A stretch of DNA of 64,000 bases, taken from contig OZ024743.1 of assembly GCA_964016885.1 (NCBI GenBank), positions 300,204,001-300,268,000 of the forward strand. The letters are read 5' to 3'. Positions 29,031-43,433 of the stretch are shown here, piece by piece. A model generated the notes under the pieces. The model made no database searches, had not been told where the DNA came from, and saw only the letters and a program-made list of their open reading frames with translations. Origin of the DNA: Eledone cirrhosa. Lineage: Eukaryota. The position numbers were made by a program, and so were the translations under genes. Numbering within the stretch: the first letter of the stretch is position 1; every line of letters begins with the position of its first letter.

Positions 29031-29112
29031 GATGATACTTATATATAAGTATTTATACGCACATACATATATGTATACAGACGTATCGGCCAAGCCACGA
29101 GGACGATAAACA

Positions 29113-29715
29113 GAAAAAATGAAACGAAATTTCATTTCTCACTCTTAGTACGGATGTTACTTAAATATAAGTATGTATACGTACATACATATATGTATAC
29201 AGACGTACAGTAGTATGAATATATACATACATGCACATATATATATATATATATATATATACGTATGGATTCACCGAACATTTATTATAATGCTCGGTGT
29301 GTTTGTAAACAAACATCCCGAATTAAGCCGTACAGTGTATAGCAACCATCGTTGCTCATTTGTTGTACTAGTTTGCTCTACTAGTTTTAAGCTTATTAGC
29401 TATCGTCAGCAACGTATACCTCCCTGCCAGATGATTGGGCGAAAGTATATAATTTCCTTATGTATATTAACGGCTGAGCAGCCTAACTTGCATATCGAGT
29501 GAGTTAATCGGGCGGGGCACCGAAGCACACCGAGAATTATAATAAATGTTCTGTGAATCCATACGTACATATATATATATATGTGTGCATATATTTATAT
29601 ATATCTACATACTACTGTACGTCTGTATACATATATGTATGTACGTATACATACCTATATTTAAGTAACAGCCGTACTAAGAGTGAGAAATACAATTTCG
29701 TTTCATTTTTTCTGT
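29113..29715. repeat. Inverted repeat (~190-bp arms, ~220-bp spacer) of a dispersed repeat tail
   Basis: 29113-29305 is the reverse complement of 29523-29715. The tail ttcatttctcactcttagtacgg recurs at 20205 and 39980. Confidence 0.85.
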
Positions 29716-29721
29716 ATATAT

Positions 29722-30020
29722 ATAAAGAAAAAGAGATGAAATCGAAAATGCAACTGGAGTCTTATTTTTTAAAAAAATACATATATTTATTTGGTTCCTT
29801 TACCGGTTTCGCAGTTCTTCTGCTTTTCAAAAGGTGAGTTGAGATGGAGGGTCTGTGGTTTTTCTCACAGATGTGAGAAAAACCACAGACCCTCCATCTC
29901 AACTCACCTTTTGAAAAGCAGAAGAACTGCGAAACCGGTAAAGGAACCAAATAAATATACATATTTAAAAAAAAAAAAAGTCTCCAGTTGCATTTTCGAT
30001 TTCATGTCTTTTTCTTTATA
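29722..30020. repeat. Near-perfect ~300-bp palindrome centred at 29870/29871 with an HHR in each arm
   Basis: Centre reads tttctcaca-GA-tgtgagaaa. The inner ~85 bp of each arm are exactly complementary. Confidence 0.95.
29907..29944 (+). ncRNA. Minimal type I hammerhead, U3-A8 variant (mirror copy 29797-29834, minus)
   Basis: cctt-TTGAAAA-gcag(aagaa)ctgc-GAAAC-cg-GTA-aagg, then AATAAA. Confidence 0.75.
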
Positions 30021-30377
30021 CTTTCACTCGTGTAGGACACCTCGGTTATTTTTCATTTTGTAAAAAAAACCTCACTTTCTAATATATATATATATATATA
30101 TAATGTTATATATATATAGATATATATATATATGTATACACGTATACACATACATATATGCATGTATGTTTATATAAATATATATATAAATATGTATATA
30201 TAACAATGACATTCAAAGTAGTTTCAGATATTAAAGTCCTATATTGATAAAGCTGTGATACATATTTCAATGATGACAATGGCCACACAATTCTGCATGA
30301 TCTCATCAGACACCATCTTACATAATAATGTTATGTTCTAGAAGCAATCCAAATTGAAGCGACAAGGGATATATATA

Positions 30378-30449
<72 letters not shown>

Positions 30450-30603
30450 ACATAGAAACTGGCCTATACCTCCCTAGGTACTCAGAGTTTCCAGAATCCG
30501 ACTGATTCTACTGCTTCTTTGTTCGACAGCCAGAATGGAACTTTTATTACCGGCAATGATATAACAGGTGTCTCTTTTAAAAACTTTTCTTTTTGGAAAC
30601 ATG

Positions 30604-30699
<96 letters not shown>

Positions 30700-31904
30700 C
30701 ACACACACAGGCACACACAGACACACACACACACATGTCCGTTTGTACTTCATTACACGTCTGCTCACGCCCGTATATTGATATCTATAAATACACACAT
30801 ATGACGGATAATTTAATTTCTAAAGCTAGAATGCTTCGTCATTCGGTGTCAATAAAATGAGGGTGGTTATGAGTTCGTCCTGGAACATGTTTTGCGTGGT
30901 GTCCCGTAGATGTCAGGATATTTAATTTCCCAAAATGAAGTATATATTTTATGTTATGTGCGTATAACCTACGTATCTTGTTCCTCGAGTCGATGTATGA
31001 ATTGGGTCCAGTGAAGTTTTCCATATGAGACAGCTGTCGGTTTTACAGGGCCCACAGCTTTTAAAACCATTGATGTACAGTATAGAACTTTCCATTATCT
31101 TCCTGCTGGAGTTGTATTTAGTAGATTCCTTTTTCAGCTTCGATACATGGTTGGAGAACTTATTTGATGGTCTTTAGTTATACTTAAAGATTAGAATCGG
31201 ATGGATAGGATATAGTAGCAAAAGTAACATTCAATTAGTTGTCTAATGGTTTTCAATGCGCACTTATAAAGGGCATCCATAAATGAAAAGGAAAATAAGT
31301 CTGTGTTACTTTGGGATAATAAGACAATAATACAGGAAGGTGGACTTAAATATTCATTGGCTGCCTATGAGGAAATAATGCTAGAGCTGTGAAATATTGC
31401 ATGCATTAATTTTAACTCTTATTATTAATAACTGCATCTTTCCAGGAAATATGTTGAAAAATAACCGCTATTGTTGATGCTGGAGCTAATGCTGCAGGGT
31501 AAATTGTTAATAAAAATTTCCGGCTACACCTGGCTCAGGAATTGTGTGAAATGAGGCCAGCAAACGCCGTGATGGTGATGTCAGGAAAGCTTTTGATGAT
31601 ACTTGTGCTTCAGCATGGAACAGGTTATAAATAACAAATACCACCACACGTTTCTCTCAATAAGATTCAGCTCGTCTGTAATCATTTCTTGAAATGATGA
31701 GTCATTAGTACCTGCATCCAGCATGGACGTCTTGGTGCTTTCAACGTGCACCCCAAGGTTCACTATTTCTGATACTTCATCTCCATAGATTAACAGATTT
31801 TCTCATATGTCCTATATAATGCATTTCATCCATTCTCAATTGCTGATATTATTGTAAAGCGTCAGACAGCATGTATTGTGGCCTATAGCTACCTCTCTTT
31901 GTGT

Positions 31905-32050
31905 TATGAGTTCAAATACTGCTGAGGTTAGATTTGCCTTTCATCATTACAAGGTCGATCAAATAAAGCACCAGTAACGCACTGTGGTTGATTTAATCAA
32001 CATTCCCTTCCCCCCAAAATGCTGAATGTGTGCCTAAATCAGAAACCTTT
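31905..32050 (+). mobile_element. Nin/Deu-domain SINE, decayed
   Basis: gagttcaaatactgctgaggttagatttgcctttcatc..gtcgatcaaataaagcaccag. Confidence 0.7.
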
Positions 32051-32620
32051 AATTTATCGCTGCCCAGAGATTAAATGTGTAATCAAATCCATCAGAATAT
32101 AAGTTAAGATTGTCAAGGTAGGCAAATAAATGAATGCTTTATTGTTCTCTATCTAGAAATGATTGAATGTACATTGTAGTTTTCATGAAATTATCCTCAA
32201 CCCATCCGTAATATTCGTTCTGTTACACAGATCTTTTTTTGTCTCTTTCAATACGTCATTACGCCAGGCTCTGTAAATATTGCCAGTGATGTCGAAGGAA
32301 TAATATATATTACCATCCTTATTATTATTGCTGATTGTGTGTGTCGTTCGAGGACAGCATAGTTAAATCAGTTCTGTTTCATTTTAATAAAACAGACTGA
32401 TATGTAAATGAATCATCAACTATTAAACAGTAAAGTCTTGAAGTAGGCACTTCAAAATTCAATGAAATTATTCATTGCTGGACATTTAAAATGAAATTTT
32501 AAAGTAGGTAATTACATGCAGTAAGGAATATTTGCAGTACTTGAGTGTCGCCTTCTGTTTTCATCAATAGTACAAGATGCAGGTTTTCTACACTTTCATT
32601 TTATGATTGGTTTCTGTCAA

Positions 32621-32836
32621 TCTTCTTCTTCTTCTTCTTCTTCTTCTTCTTCTTCTTCTTTTTCTTTTTCTTTTTCTTTTTCTTCTTCTTCTTCTTCTTC
32701 TTCTTCTTCTTCTTCTTCTTCTTCTTCTTCTTCTTCTTCTTCTTCTTCTTCTTCTTCTTCTTCTTCTTCTTCTTCTTCTTCTTCTTCTTCTTCTTCTTCT
32801 TCTTCTTCTTCTTCTTCTTCTTCTTCTTCTTCTTCT
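32621..32836. repeat. (TTC)n/(GAA)n microsatellite, ~70 units
   Basis: Seen directly, with a short (TTTTTC)n interruption. Confidence 0.98.
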
Positions 32837-33966
32837 AACATTATACTCCGTATTAAATGCTTGCCTGCTAGAAATAGAATTATATGGAATCAAGAGCATT
32901 TTCAAAGGTCATGTCAATTGGTTAAGATACATAATGCGCAAAGGCAACTATAGAATAACTAAGAAGATCGTGTTTGATTAAATATTAGATTATTACGCTG
33001 GGCTAGAACGACCTAAATCGGTCTCCAGTTTTATAAGGAACGGAATTATGCATCATTTGCACAGGAATATCATTTCAATTGATATAAAGACATTTAACCC
33101 TAGCCAGATTTAGCAATCAAATTTTAACCGTCATCAGATTCGATCATAAAAGGGACTAAACACACACGATATTAATTAAATATCCGAACAATTAGAGCTG
33201 ACCTAGATCTAAAGAACAACTTGTCTTGTGACAAGTCTTTACCTAGATATTAATGCTGCTAAGAAGGGGGAAAATTGCAGGGCCATAATTATCTCGGCAT
33301 TTAATGGCTGGTACAGAAGGAATGATATGTTGTTTGTGCTTCAGCAATTAACCTAATTTGCTTTAATTACGTTACTCGCAGTTATGTTGTTGGTTAATGG
33401 TGATACTAAATTTGAAGCTTAGATTTAATTTATTGATATTAGAAAAACTTCTATAACGTTCGATATCGAAGTAGGGCTTACACGCACGATCCTGTCGTGT
33501 GAAGAAATTAGTTCTATAATACATTGTATCTCCAAAGACAGTGTATTCTTCTAGAGAAGGAACTATCATATGTGAACATTGACTGAAACAAGAAACTCTC
33601 TATTCAATCTATGAAATTCTATGCGAAATAAATATTCGATAAATGAGATGTCGTTATGGGATGCCATACTAGGTGGTACTAATGATTCATACCATATGGT
33701 ACATCTTATAATTACTTCCATATCAGATCATGAAGAAATGAGCGAAGACTTAAGGGAATTGAAATATCTGAATCTGAGCTTTTATATATGATGTATGACA
33801 TTAAATTTCTTAATTTCATCAATATGTACCAAAACAAACTTCACTAATATTACGGGTATTCATAAAACGCGGAAAGCATCCCAAATTTAATATAATCGTA
33901 TACGCACTAAATTTCCACTCAACAGAACCAAAAGGACTCTCTAATTTTCTCTCTCGGACCCCCTCT

Positions 33967-34077
<111 letters not shown>

Positions 34078-34439
34078 TATATGTATGTATGTATGTATGT
34101 GTATATGTTGTGTGTGTATTTCTATATCATAATGAAAAGGATAATAAAAATATAACATCTGAATTAAAGCCATGCAATGGTAGATGAATGTATATAGCCA
34201 ATACTCCAGATAGCTGAAAAGGAAAAATATAGTAGTGCACCATTCAGCGCATTTTGTAGAAAAAGCTGGACCAAAACCCGTGGCTGAAGCATTCATAACT
34301 GGATCAAAAGATCAAATTGTCCAACTAGAAACCACCAAAATTACACAATGAAGCACGTAACAGCAAATAAATGAAGTATATGTTTAGATAGAGTAGGAAG
34401 AATTAACTAGATTACTTGTGGATGGTGTGGTGACTTATA

Positions 34440-35050
34440 CCTCATACATAAGGCAGGATATAGGGCATGGTTGTAGGACCAAACAAGTGATTTGAAACGT
34501 CTCCGGTAGGAGGCCATTACTTTGACCACCAAGGAAATACTATTGTACAATGCAGCGATCTGGCCGAGGAATACGGGACCAGAGCCGGCTGACTTTACGA
34601 CAGCCTCAATATATTGATATTCGGCATTATCAAAAGCTTTCGATTGATCTAATGTGCTAAGAGCACCACCGAAGCCAGTATTACTCTCTGCACTCTCTAT
34701 GACTTATCGAATGAGATAGAGGTTATGTTGTATTGATGTGGTCAGTAATGTGCACGTTTGACCCACCCCACTAGATATTTGATGGTTTGCACCAACCTTG
34801 TGGCTTGCACCATGGCCAAAATCTTAAACTCTGTGTTGATCAGAATTATAGACCGGAAAGTATCGATAACGTTGCACATGCTCTCGTATTTCCTCATCAC
34901 TACTCTCTGGGAATTCTCCCGTTCTGCTACCTGTTCCAGTACACATTTAAGGAAAATAGGAGAACAAGCCTGGCATGTATATGGACAACTCAAAAGCTAG
35001 ATCATCCAAACCGGTTGATTTTTGCCTCGAATAGTTAGGGTTTCCTGTAT
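34440..35050 (-). pseudogene. Decayed L1/Tx1-type LINE RT fragment
   Basis: DTFRSIILINTEFKILAMVQATRL (cf. NFRPITLLNTDYKILAKVLANRL) and LDQSKAFD at ~34625-34652. Confidence 0.75.
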
Positions 35051-35666
35051 CTTGACTTCTGTTATTAGCTTTTCGCTGCACTGCACAGCAACCACAGAGA
35101 GGTGCAAGCGCAGCACTGTAGCAATCTAACTAATTTAGATATTTTCAACAACTACACGAAACGATTAAACTGTAAATGTTGCGAGCATACCTGGCCAACG
35201 CACATGCTAAAAGTAGCAGGGAATTTGCCATTAATTAACATTCAAATATGCACATAAATTTGCATGAGTTCGATCCAACTATACAGGACTTTTGGCCAAT
35301 TTCATACCCTGTAGCCTCAACTAAGCCGGTAGCTCATGATTGGTATTTGGAATCCGGGATCGGTAAATATGGTCTCTTATATATATATTCAGAGCAAATA
35401 CAATCGAAGTCAGTGTTGCAGCATATGTAAAAACGTTACTAGCACGTTACAATTGTTTCGATATCGATCAGCTATGCGGGCAATTATAATGACGGGGCCC
35501 GGCGCTTCTGCGACATCTCAGATAATAAAGTTTATATTTGCAAAGACTCAGCTAATTTGTTGTAGTATTGAGGGCGGCGAACAGCACGTGGCTTGTAACT
35601 GTAGTTACACACACATCTAGCATACATATATAATTCAAATTAAAAATTTATATTGAGAGAGGGAGT

Positions 35667-35743
<77 letters not shown>

Positions 35744-35901
35744 ATACTTTGGGAGGGTCATGTTGCCAATAAGAAACACACGCACCAGTTGCTTTCACTT
35801 CAATTTATTATATATTTATAAATTTATAAATTTACAAATCTACAAATTTATAAATTTCTGGTTGGTTGGTTGGTTCCACAACCAGATAGTTGTTTATATA
35901 T

Positions 35902-35946
35902 AGTCATAGTCCTTTCGTCACACACTCTGTGACCTCTTCAGTGACT
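35902..35946 (-). ncRNA. Minimal type I hammerhead, family C
   Basis: Minus strand: agtca-CTGAAGA-ggtcaca(gag)tgtgtgac-GAAA-gga-CTA-tgact. Confidence 0.8.
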
Positions 35947-36216
35947 GGGGATTCCCTTCTTTGTTTCTGTGCCTTTCCTCTCTTCTGTCCTACGCCATTT
36001 TGTTTCTGTGTGTGTGTTGTGAGCTGTTTGCGCATGCGCCACATCCGGGTGTCTGTGTGTATTTGTGTTCATTTATCTATTTGTTTACTTATTTATTTAT
36101 TTACATGTTATTGGTTGGTTGTTTGTTCTATGTGTGTGTGTGATTTCATTTTGTCCTTAATTGTAAGTTGTGATGTTGCTGTTCCACTCATATTTTCTAT
36201 TTAATTTTGGTTGTAA

Positions 36217-37911
36217 TTATTTTATGTTTATTGCCTCTGTAATTTGTCTAAACATTGCATCTTTTCTGTGTGTAGATTCTAGTTTTATTTCTATGTTCTC
36301 TAATTTACCCTTGTGTTCTATCTTAGCATGTTGGTAGATGTTTACAGATGATTCTTTATTATCTTGAAGGTCTCGCCAGTGTTCATTTATCCGTTCCCCT
36401 ATACTACGAGCTGTCTCACCTATGTACACTATATTTTTGTTTCTACATTGTCCTTCAGTACATCTTATGCTATACACTACATTTCTAGGTTAACAGTTAA
36501 TGTGGGGGCTTATTTTACAGGTTATACATTTCTTATCTATACATGGGGGTCTTTAAAACGGGTATGTCTTGCTAATAAGTGTTTTTACGGAGGTACCTGG
36601 TTTTTCTACTATCTTAATATTGACTTTATGTTTATTTAGGGCCCTTCTAAATGTGTAGGCTAGTTCGCCTCTAGGGGTTGTATCGATGAACATTACACTC
36701 TGGTATTTATTGCTATCATACCATGAGTTTATTCTATTAGCCTTGTTCCTAGTTCTTTCTATTCTATTCCAAAATTTGCTCCTATACAAGTGGCAGGTCC
36801 CATTTATGTCATTATTTACCATTTTTTCCCATTTGGTTCTGGCTCCTCTATACACTCTGATTCTATCTCTCTGATTGTAGCCAGAGAACTGCATACGGTG
36901 GATGAAGTGTTGTATGTGTCTCTCTAGTTCTTCGGGGTTGAACATGCGGGACACATTTCTCATCACCCGTACCAAGTCCGCAATCAGTATGTTGATTTTG
37001 GTATGGTCCGAAATGGCCGAGTTTCGGTGGATCAGATGTTTGGAAGTCATAGGTTTGGCATAATGGGAATGGAGGATTTGTTTTTGGTTGTTAATGGTAT
37101 CTAACCAGAGCTCTGTGTCTAGTACAGGTAATCGATGGTTGGGGTGTCTACTTGGGTAGTCTATAGTAACTCTAACGCTCTGGTGGATGGAGTTTGCTAT
37201 TTGCTGGATGCTTTCCATTGTGTTTCTCACTAGTTCCTGACTGTTATCTAGTGGGGGTGTCTTAACTACGATGTTTATATCATCTACGTAGCGGGAGTAC
37301 ATTATCAGGGTTAAGCTGTCTTCTAATTGTTCTTTAAGTTTAAGTTTAAGTCTACTGTCCCACCATACCATGAATAAGTTAGCTATGTCGCCTGCAATGC
37401 TAACACCAATGGCTGCTCCTTCCTCTTGGGCATATGTTTTTCCATTAAATTTGAACATATGTTCCTTAAGGGTTAATTTTATGCTGGCCCCTACCGCATG
37501 TCCAATCATTTTCTTCAGTTCATCGTGGTTTTCGGGTGTCCGTATGGCTCTGGTCCAACCGTTCCATCTATCTGTGTGGGTTTTCTTGGCCATTGGGGTA
37601 ATGGTAGGTGGTCTGCCTCTTGCTGGTCTTGTAGGGCACAGGTTGCTAAGGTCATATGTGTCTAGGTAACTATTACTATGGGTAAGCTTAATTAGAAGTC
37701 CCAGCTCACTGGTATCAATCCCACGGAACTCAACCTTGCTCTCGCTGATCATTTCTACGCATTTCTCCACAGCAAACTCCACGTCAATAGATGGATACAG
37801 GGACACAACATCCATACTGCCTATTATGCAGTTTGTTAGGTCCCCAGATCTGTTACCCACGCCGATTCTGCTGAGGAGGTCCTCCGTGCTGTCACATACA
37901 TCTGGGGACAT
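36217..37911 (-). pseudogene. PLE reverse transcriptase + GIY-YIG endonuclease (two premature TAA stops)
   Basis: 452-aa ORF with SMDVVSLYPSI, GAAIG, YSRYVDDI and LPVLD. Continues in frame through two TAA stops into CIDKKCITC..VVYSIRC..YIGETARS..RQITEA. Confidence 0.95.
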
Positions 37912-38221
37912 CTCAATGATGGGGCGTATGATCAGGGAGAGGAAGTAGGACAGGCTGTAGTTACTAGCAATGTTAGCTCCACAGACTGGCCGTGTTGGTG
38001 GTCCCGCGACAGGGTCACAGCCCGTTTTATGGTCTTTTCGAAGCCCTTACAACGCCGGCACATCTTGAATGTCGCAAATTTCGGGGGCAAACACAACACA
38101 GACATTTCGTCATTATCTATTTTTGCGTTCCCATATATATTGGTGTTTTTGTTGTTGAACTCTTCTGTTAATGTATAGATAAGAAATGTATAACCTGTAA
38201 AATAAGCCCCCACATTAACTT

Positions 38222-38329
<108 letters not shown>

Positions 38330-39140
38330 GAGAGAGAGAGAATGTAGTCATATATCATAAGAGAAACACATAGTGATTTTTACAGATATATAATACAAAT
38401 AATATTCAAACAGAAATACATACTTAAGGTGGAAAATGCTAGATTTTCCTGGCAGAACTCTTTCCTAGTCTAAGAGATGTCTATAAGTCGTACAATCCTA
38501 TTTAAATTTGCCCTCTTCCTTAAGCGATTTTGAGACAATACAACAGTAACAAAGGTAATTTTTACAGTGAGTTATATCTAAGACAATTCCTGCGATGAGT
38601 AGTTCCTTGTCTTCTGTGGGTTTACAAGAATCGATGGTTGATAATTGACATTCAATTGGTCAGTTCGATTTTCATTTAGGAGTTGTCTCTTGGACTACTA
38701 TACAGTAGTGTCAGGAAAATCTTAAGCATGAATCATGTTCCTGAATATTATTTCTATTTGGGTACAAAATACTGTTTCTCAGATGATATATGTCTCTCTC
38801 CCTCTCTCTCTCTCCCCCCCTCTCTATCTGTCTTAAAATATATCTTTTAAATGTTCATTATTGATACTTTGAACTAAAGTCCACTTAGCTTATTTAAAGA
38901 GAGACATTGTTATCATACATATTAAATATGTTTTCATAACATAATATTGTATGTATATATATGTATATATATATATAATATATATAATGTATAATAAACA
39001 ATACAATATAATTACTATATAATTACAATGTAATTATATTGTATTGTTTATTATACATTAAATTTAGCTCTGTAACTCACAAAGAGCACTCTTCACTCCT
39101 ATGGATTTTTCAATGTTCAACGGAAACCTCAATACTTATG

Positions 39141-39219
<79 letters not shown>

Positions 39220-39260
39220 ATATTAAATAAGTGGAGAGTATATTTATAAAACCATATTTA

Positions 39261-39317
39261 TTCTATTATTTTTATTTCAAGGGTACCAAAACTTTGGTAC
39301 GCCCTTATCAGATAAAA
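39261..39317 (-). ncRNA. Hammerhead motif family F (G8->A)
   Basis: Minus strand: ttttat-CTGATaA-gggcgtaccaaa/tttggtaccctt-GAAA-taaaaa-TA-atagaa. Confidence 0.55.
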
Positions 39318-39384
39318 TAAAAAAAGTTTGTTTTATAAATATTGACATAACCAGGAAAGAATAACTTACCGGTTCAAGTTTTTC

Positions 39385-39404
39385 ATATCAACTAGAAATT
39401 GATT

Positions 39405-39465
<61 letters not shown>

Positions 39466-39830
39466 AACACATGAAAAAATCACAAGAATAATTTGTAAAG
39501 TGTGTAAGCACACACATCTAGTTAGGTAAGTAATTAAAGTTTAACTTGAACTTAAATATAGATACCTTTTAACATGATTAATCTTCCTTGTATATATTTC
39601 ATTAAAGACATTAACTCCATTATTCAAAATCCAGGATTACACTACTGTGATTACCGATGAATGGTGAAATATATTTATTTAATTAAATATATACAAGGAA
39701 GATTAGTCATTTTAAAAGGTATCTACATTTAAAGTTAAACTTCAATTAGTTACCTACCTAGCTCTCTGTGCTTACACACTCTACAAATTATTTTATATAT
39801 ATATATGTCAATCAATTTCTAGTTGATATA
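39385..39830. repeat. Inverted repeat with ~75-bp spacer
   Basis: tatcaactagaaattgattgacat/atgtcaatcaatttctagttgata and aatcttccttgtatatattt/aaatatatacaaggaagatt are reverse-complement pairs. Confidence 0.8.
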
Positions 39831-39913
39831 AAATGCTCGGATCTATTCATTGCAATCTTTGAGCATATTCTACCATGGCGCATGTCTCTCGGACATGACA
39901 CCCGTAATTTAAT

Positions 39914-39944
<31 letters not shown>

Positions 39945-40145
39945 GTATGTACTATAGTGAGACTATAGTGAAAATATAACTAAGAGTGAGAAATGAAGTT
40001 TCATTTGTTTCATTTATATATACATGCCAATATTAAGCAGTTAAATTCAAAACAAACAAACAAACTATTCAGAATGATGATGACATATATTTGCCTAACA
40101 CTTGATATGAAATAAAAGAAGTCATATATCACAAACACACACATA

Positions 40146-41008
40146 TATGTGTTGGTTGTCTACCGTAAACGAGGATGACATCTTCGTCATATTTGTTCCC
40201 ATCTGCCGTGGGCGCGAAGGTGGCTGTGGAGACCGATCCACCTGTTATCTCTGCCTCGCGCCCATCGCCGCAGGGCTTTGGGAGTGCACGCTAAAGAAGA
40301 AACCTTTGCGGGAAAGGTTTATAGTGGGAGGGCAAGTGTACAGTGACGGTCCCACTCACTTGGCTGGCTGCAGAAACCAGAATCCGGTGGTACGCAGGAT
40401 CGTCACGACCAGGGACTTCCTTGGCTGCAGTGGATGGCTACGACGTCTGTAGTGCTTTGCCGTGCCCTAGCGCTCCACATCGCTTGTTGTCGCCGCCTTC
40501 GTAACCGTTGGGACGATGTTGTCCTCCTCCACTCACTCCGCCGGGTCTAGTCTTCGATGCATGAGTAGGCCTCCCCTATCTAACTCACCGGGGGGTTTCA
40601 GGCCCGTCCAGCTACCCTCAACCTGGTTCGGCCCGCCAGCCAAAGCGGTTTACCAGGGTGTGGGCGCTGTCGCATGCTACAGCTTCTTGGGGCCACAGGA
40701 GAGAGCTGAGCGTTAGGTGGGACCCAATGCTGGACGAGCTGTCCTGAGAAGGGCATGGCCAGCCCCCCCCCCCCCCCCCCCACACACACAGAGGTACATG
40801 CCACTCCCTGACACCCAAGGCATATACACACGCATATACATACATATGTACATGTGTATATAAATATTTACACATTTTTGGATGAGTTCTTCCGCCCTTT
40901 GCCACGTTTTGTTTTTTATCTTGCAGGGTATACAAAGTCTTCTCCTCACCTAGTAAACTTGGTGGGGTTTCCAGTTTAGTCGCCGACGACACGACCATGC
41001 GACAGGTT
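40146..41008 (-). mobile_element. GC-rich RTE-like non-autonomous retroelement
   Basis: Shares its head with 1219-1400. GC-rich UTR-like body without an RT ORF. Confidence 0.5.
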
Positions 41009-41195
41009 GTACACGTTTACATGTTACCAGTAGCACTCCAGACTGCCCTCATATGTATATATTACCTAAAATGGTCAAATCAGCATGCACGTGGTATTTC
41101 TCCGTCCAGCCAATTTTTATCTTTCAATATTAGCTTTTATTTCTCATTCTATCTTCTGATGAATAACTAGTATCCGACATGTTAACACACTTTTC

Positions 41196-41251
<56 letters not shown>

Positions 41252-41292
41252 CGAAACATAAGTCAATTGCATGAACTCATAATCCTTTATTT

Positions 41293-41348
41293 ACTTCTAT
41301 ATATATTTCGATGATAGCCATTGAATGGCTATGACCTCATCAGGCAGT
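41293..41348 (-). ncRNA. Type I hammerhead motif
   Basis: Minus strand: actgc-CTGATGA-ggtcatagcca(ttcaa)tggctatcatc-GAAA-tatata-TA-gaagt-AAATAAA. Confidence 0.7.
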
Positions 41349-41447
41349 TAGTCAGGTCTTAGATATGCCAGCTCTGTGTGTATAGTGTTGATGGTATCAG
41401 AGCCTTGGGACATATATATATATATATATATATTTTAATATAGCTGA

Positions 41448-41496
41448 GATTCTACAGGATTAGAGCTGTTTCAAACTTTAGAAATCATCAGGTAAC
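41448..41496 (-). ncRNA. Hammerhead family B copy (decayed)
   Basis: Minus strand: CTGATGA-tttctaaagttt-GAAACag..ctGTA-gaatc. Confidence 0.6.
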
Positions 41497-41924
41497 TGGC
41501 TTTCCAATAATAAATGTTGTGGTATTTATATCTTTTCAGGTGGTGATAGGAGAGGGTGGGGAGTGGGATGGGTGGATGTCATTGGTTTAATTTGTTTTGT
41601 AATACTACTGTGCATTCTATTTACTGTCTGGCCCTTACTCACTCATCCACATATATGTCTGTTTACCAACCTTATAATTATAAGTACTTATTTATTATAT
41701 TATGTTAATTATTTTATATTGTATTTGTTATTGTACTATCGATCCGTATTACTTACCGTTGATTATATGTAACATTGTGATATGTTAAACTTTATATATC
41801 ATGTAAGATGTTTATATTTTTGTACCATCATAATTTTGGGTATTGTACAATTTATTTATCCTCACCTACTCTGTAACTCTATATGAATTGATTTGTTAAC
41901 TTGAATGCCATTATATATTGTATA

Positions 41925-42575
41925 CTAGCAGTAAAGCCCGGCGTTGCTCGGGGTCGCTCAGTAGCTGTGTTAAAGTTACAATGTTAAGTTTCTTTTTTGG
42001 CTTAAAGTCTGTCTGCACGACTGTCTGTCTGCACGCCTAAGGAAATTTACAGATACATATATTTTAAAGAAACTTATATAATTTTTGCTTTTTTTTACGA
42101 AATATTTGCTTGTTTTACGTAGTCTTTAAATAGACTTGTTTTCAAGTAAAAATATTGTTTTAAAAGGCTTTTAAATGGAAATGAAGCAAAACGGAAGCTT
42201 AGTGTTCAAACTGATGAATTTTGCAGGTCAACATTTTGCTGGCTCGACAACTGTTCATGTATTGTGTTAATGTCATTTTAAACGCTGAGAAAGCCAGCGT
42301 AATTTTTTTAATTTTTGCACGCAGAAAATGTAAACAGAACGTAAGACGCTCAATGTAAACAGAACAAAGGGAAATAACTCGTCACTTACGCTTAAAAATC
42401 GATACATTAGATTCGATTTCGTCACGTAGGGTGGGTCAATTTGAAATATTTTTTTCCGATGTCTTCGCTAGGGCTCAATGTACAACTTTAGCAATTTCGG
42501 TGCAATTCCGTCAGAGATTCTAAGAGGAGATGTGTGCCAAAAATCGATAGACAGACAGACAACCACAGCTTTATA
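41925..42575 (-). mobile_element. Non-autonomous Helitron-like element
   Basis: Minus-strand 3' end has the GC hairpin cccgagcaacgccggg, a short spacer and CTAG|t. (CTGT)n near the other end. Confidence 0.65.
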
Positions 42576-43216
42576 TATATATATTATATGTTATTATATT
42601 ATTATTATAGTATTATTGTGACATCTATATTGTTTGTGTAAATTAACCGGAGATTATCTATTCTATTATATTATATTATATAGTATATAATTGTATAGTT
42701 TATTATATATTATATGTGCTACTTATAATAATATCATATCATTACCTCATGTATATTGGGTATATGTATTATTATTATTATTATTATTATTATTTTTATT
42801 CCTATCATGCTTATTTATATTTAAACTCTTAATAAGGTTTAATTTGTGCTGTTGAAGATGGATATGTGTATTGATGTATGTGTATATGTGCGTACGTGTG
42901 CGTACATATATACATATGTATATTGTACCTTTTGATTTTTATTGTAATTTTAATATTGGTAAAAGTATATTATATTATATTATATTGTATTATATATAAT
43001 TTCTGCTCTATATAACCACCTTTGTTTAGCTTTAGGCCTTTTTTTTTTTTGCTTTGGACTATATTTGTAATATGGTTCTAAATGTTATACACCTCCTTAG
43101 TGATTTTTATTATATATTTTTACCCATAGTCTTGCAATACTTTGGTGTATGTACACTCCATATTCTTCGGGGTTTCCGGCTTGTATTGGCCGATAATACT
43201 TCTTGTTGTTTTAATT

Positions 43217-43254
43217 GCCCTAATGAGTCGTTAATAGGACGAAACATTGTTGGC
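43217..43254 (+). ncRNA. Degenerate minimal hammerhead
   Basis: gcc-CTaATGA-gtc(gttaatag)gac-GAAAC-att-GTT-ggc-tAATAAA. Confidence 0.65.
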
Positions 43255-43393
43255 TAATAAAGACTTTTGATGTATTGAAGGCTTCCTTGTTTTACTTTCA
43301 TAACATATATATACATATATATATGTATATATATATGTGTGTATTATGTGTGTATATGTAAATATGTGTATATATAAATATGTGTATGCGTGT

Positions 43394-43433
<40 letters not shown>

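Larger units (their letters stand above)
35739..38165 (-). mobile_element. PLE family C copy 2 (RT, Zn-knuckle linker, GIY-YIG, pLTR)
   Basis: Least-decayed copy. The 3' end ...cccaaagtataacaa abuts (TA)n. 5' truncated and internally deleted. Confidence 0.95.

Noticed and set aside
31446-31498. AG/GT-bounded exon candidate
   Set aside because: Stop codons in all three frames.
31581-31800. Short minus-strand ORF as host or transposase fragment
   Set aside because: No motif I can recognise with confidence.
32545-32981. Poly-F/S/L/E/R ORFs
   Set aside because: Artefact of the (TTC)n tract.
36486-36555. In-frame stops in the PLE ORF as possible selenocysteine or readthrough recoding
   Set aside because: The stops are TAA, not TGA, and the sister copy has CAA at the first site. 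Ordinary nonsense mutations.
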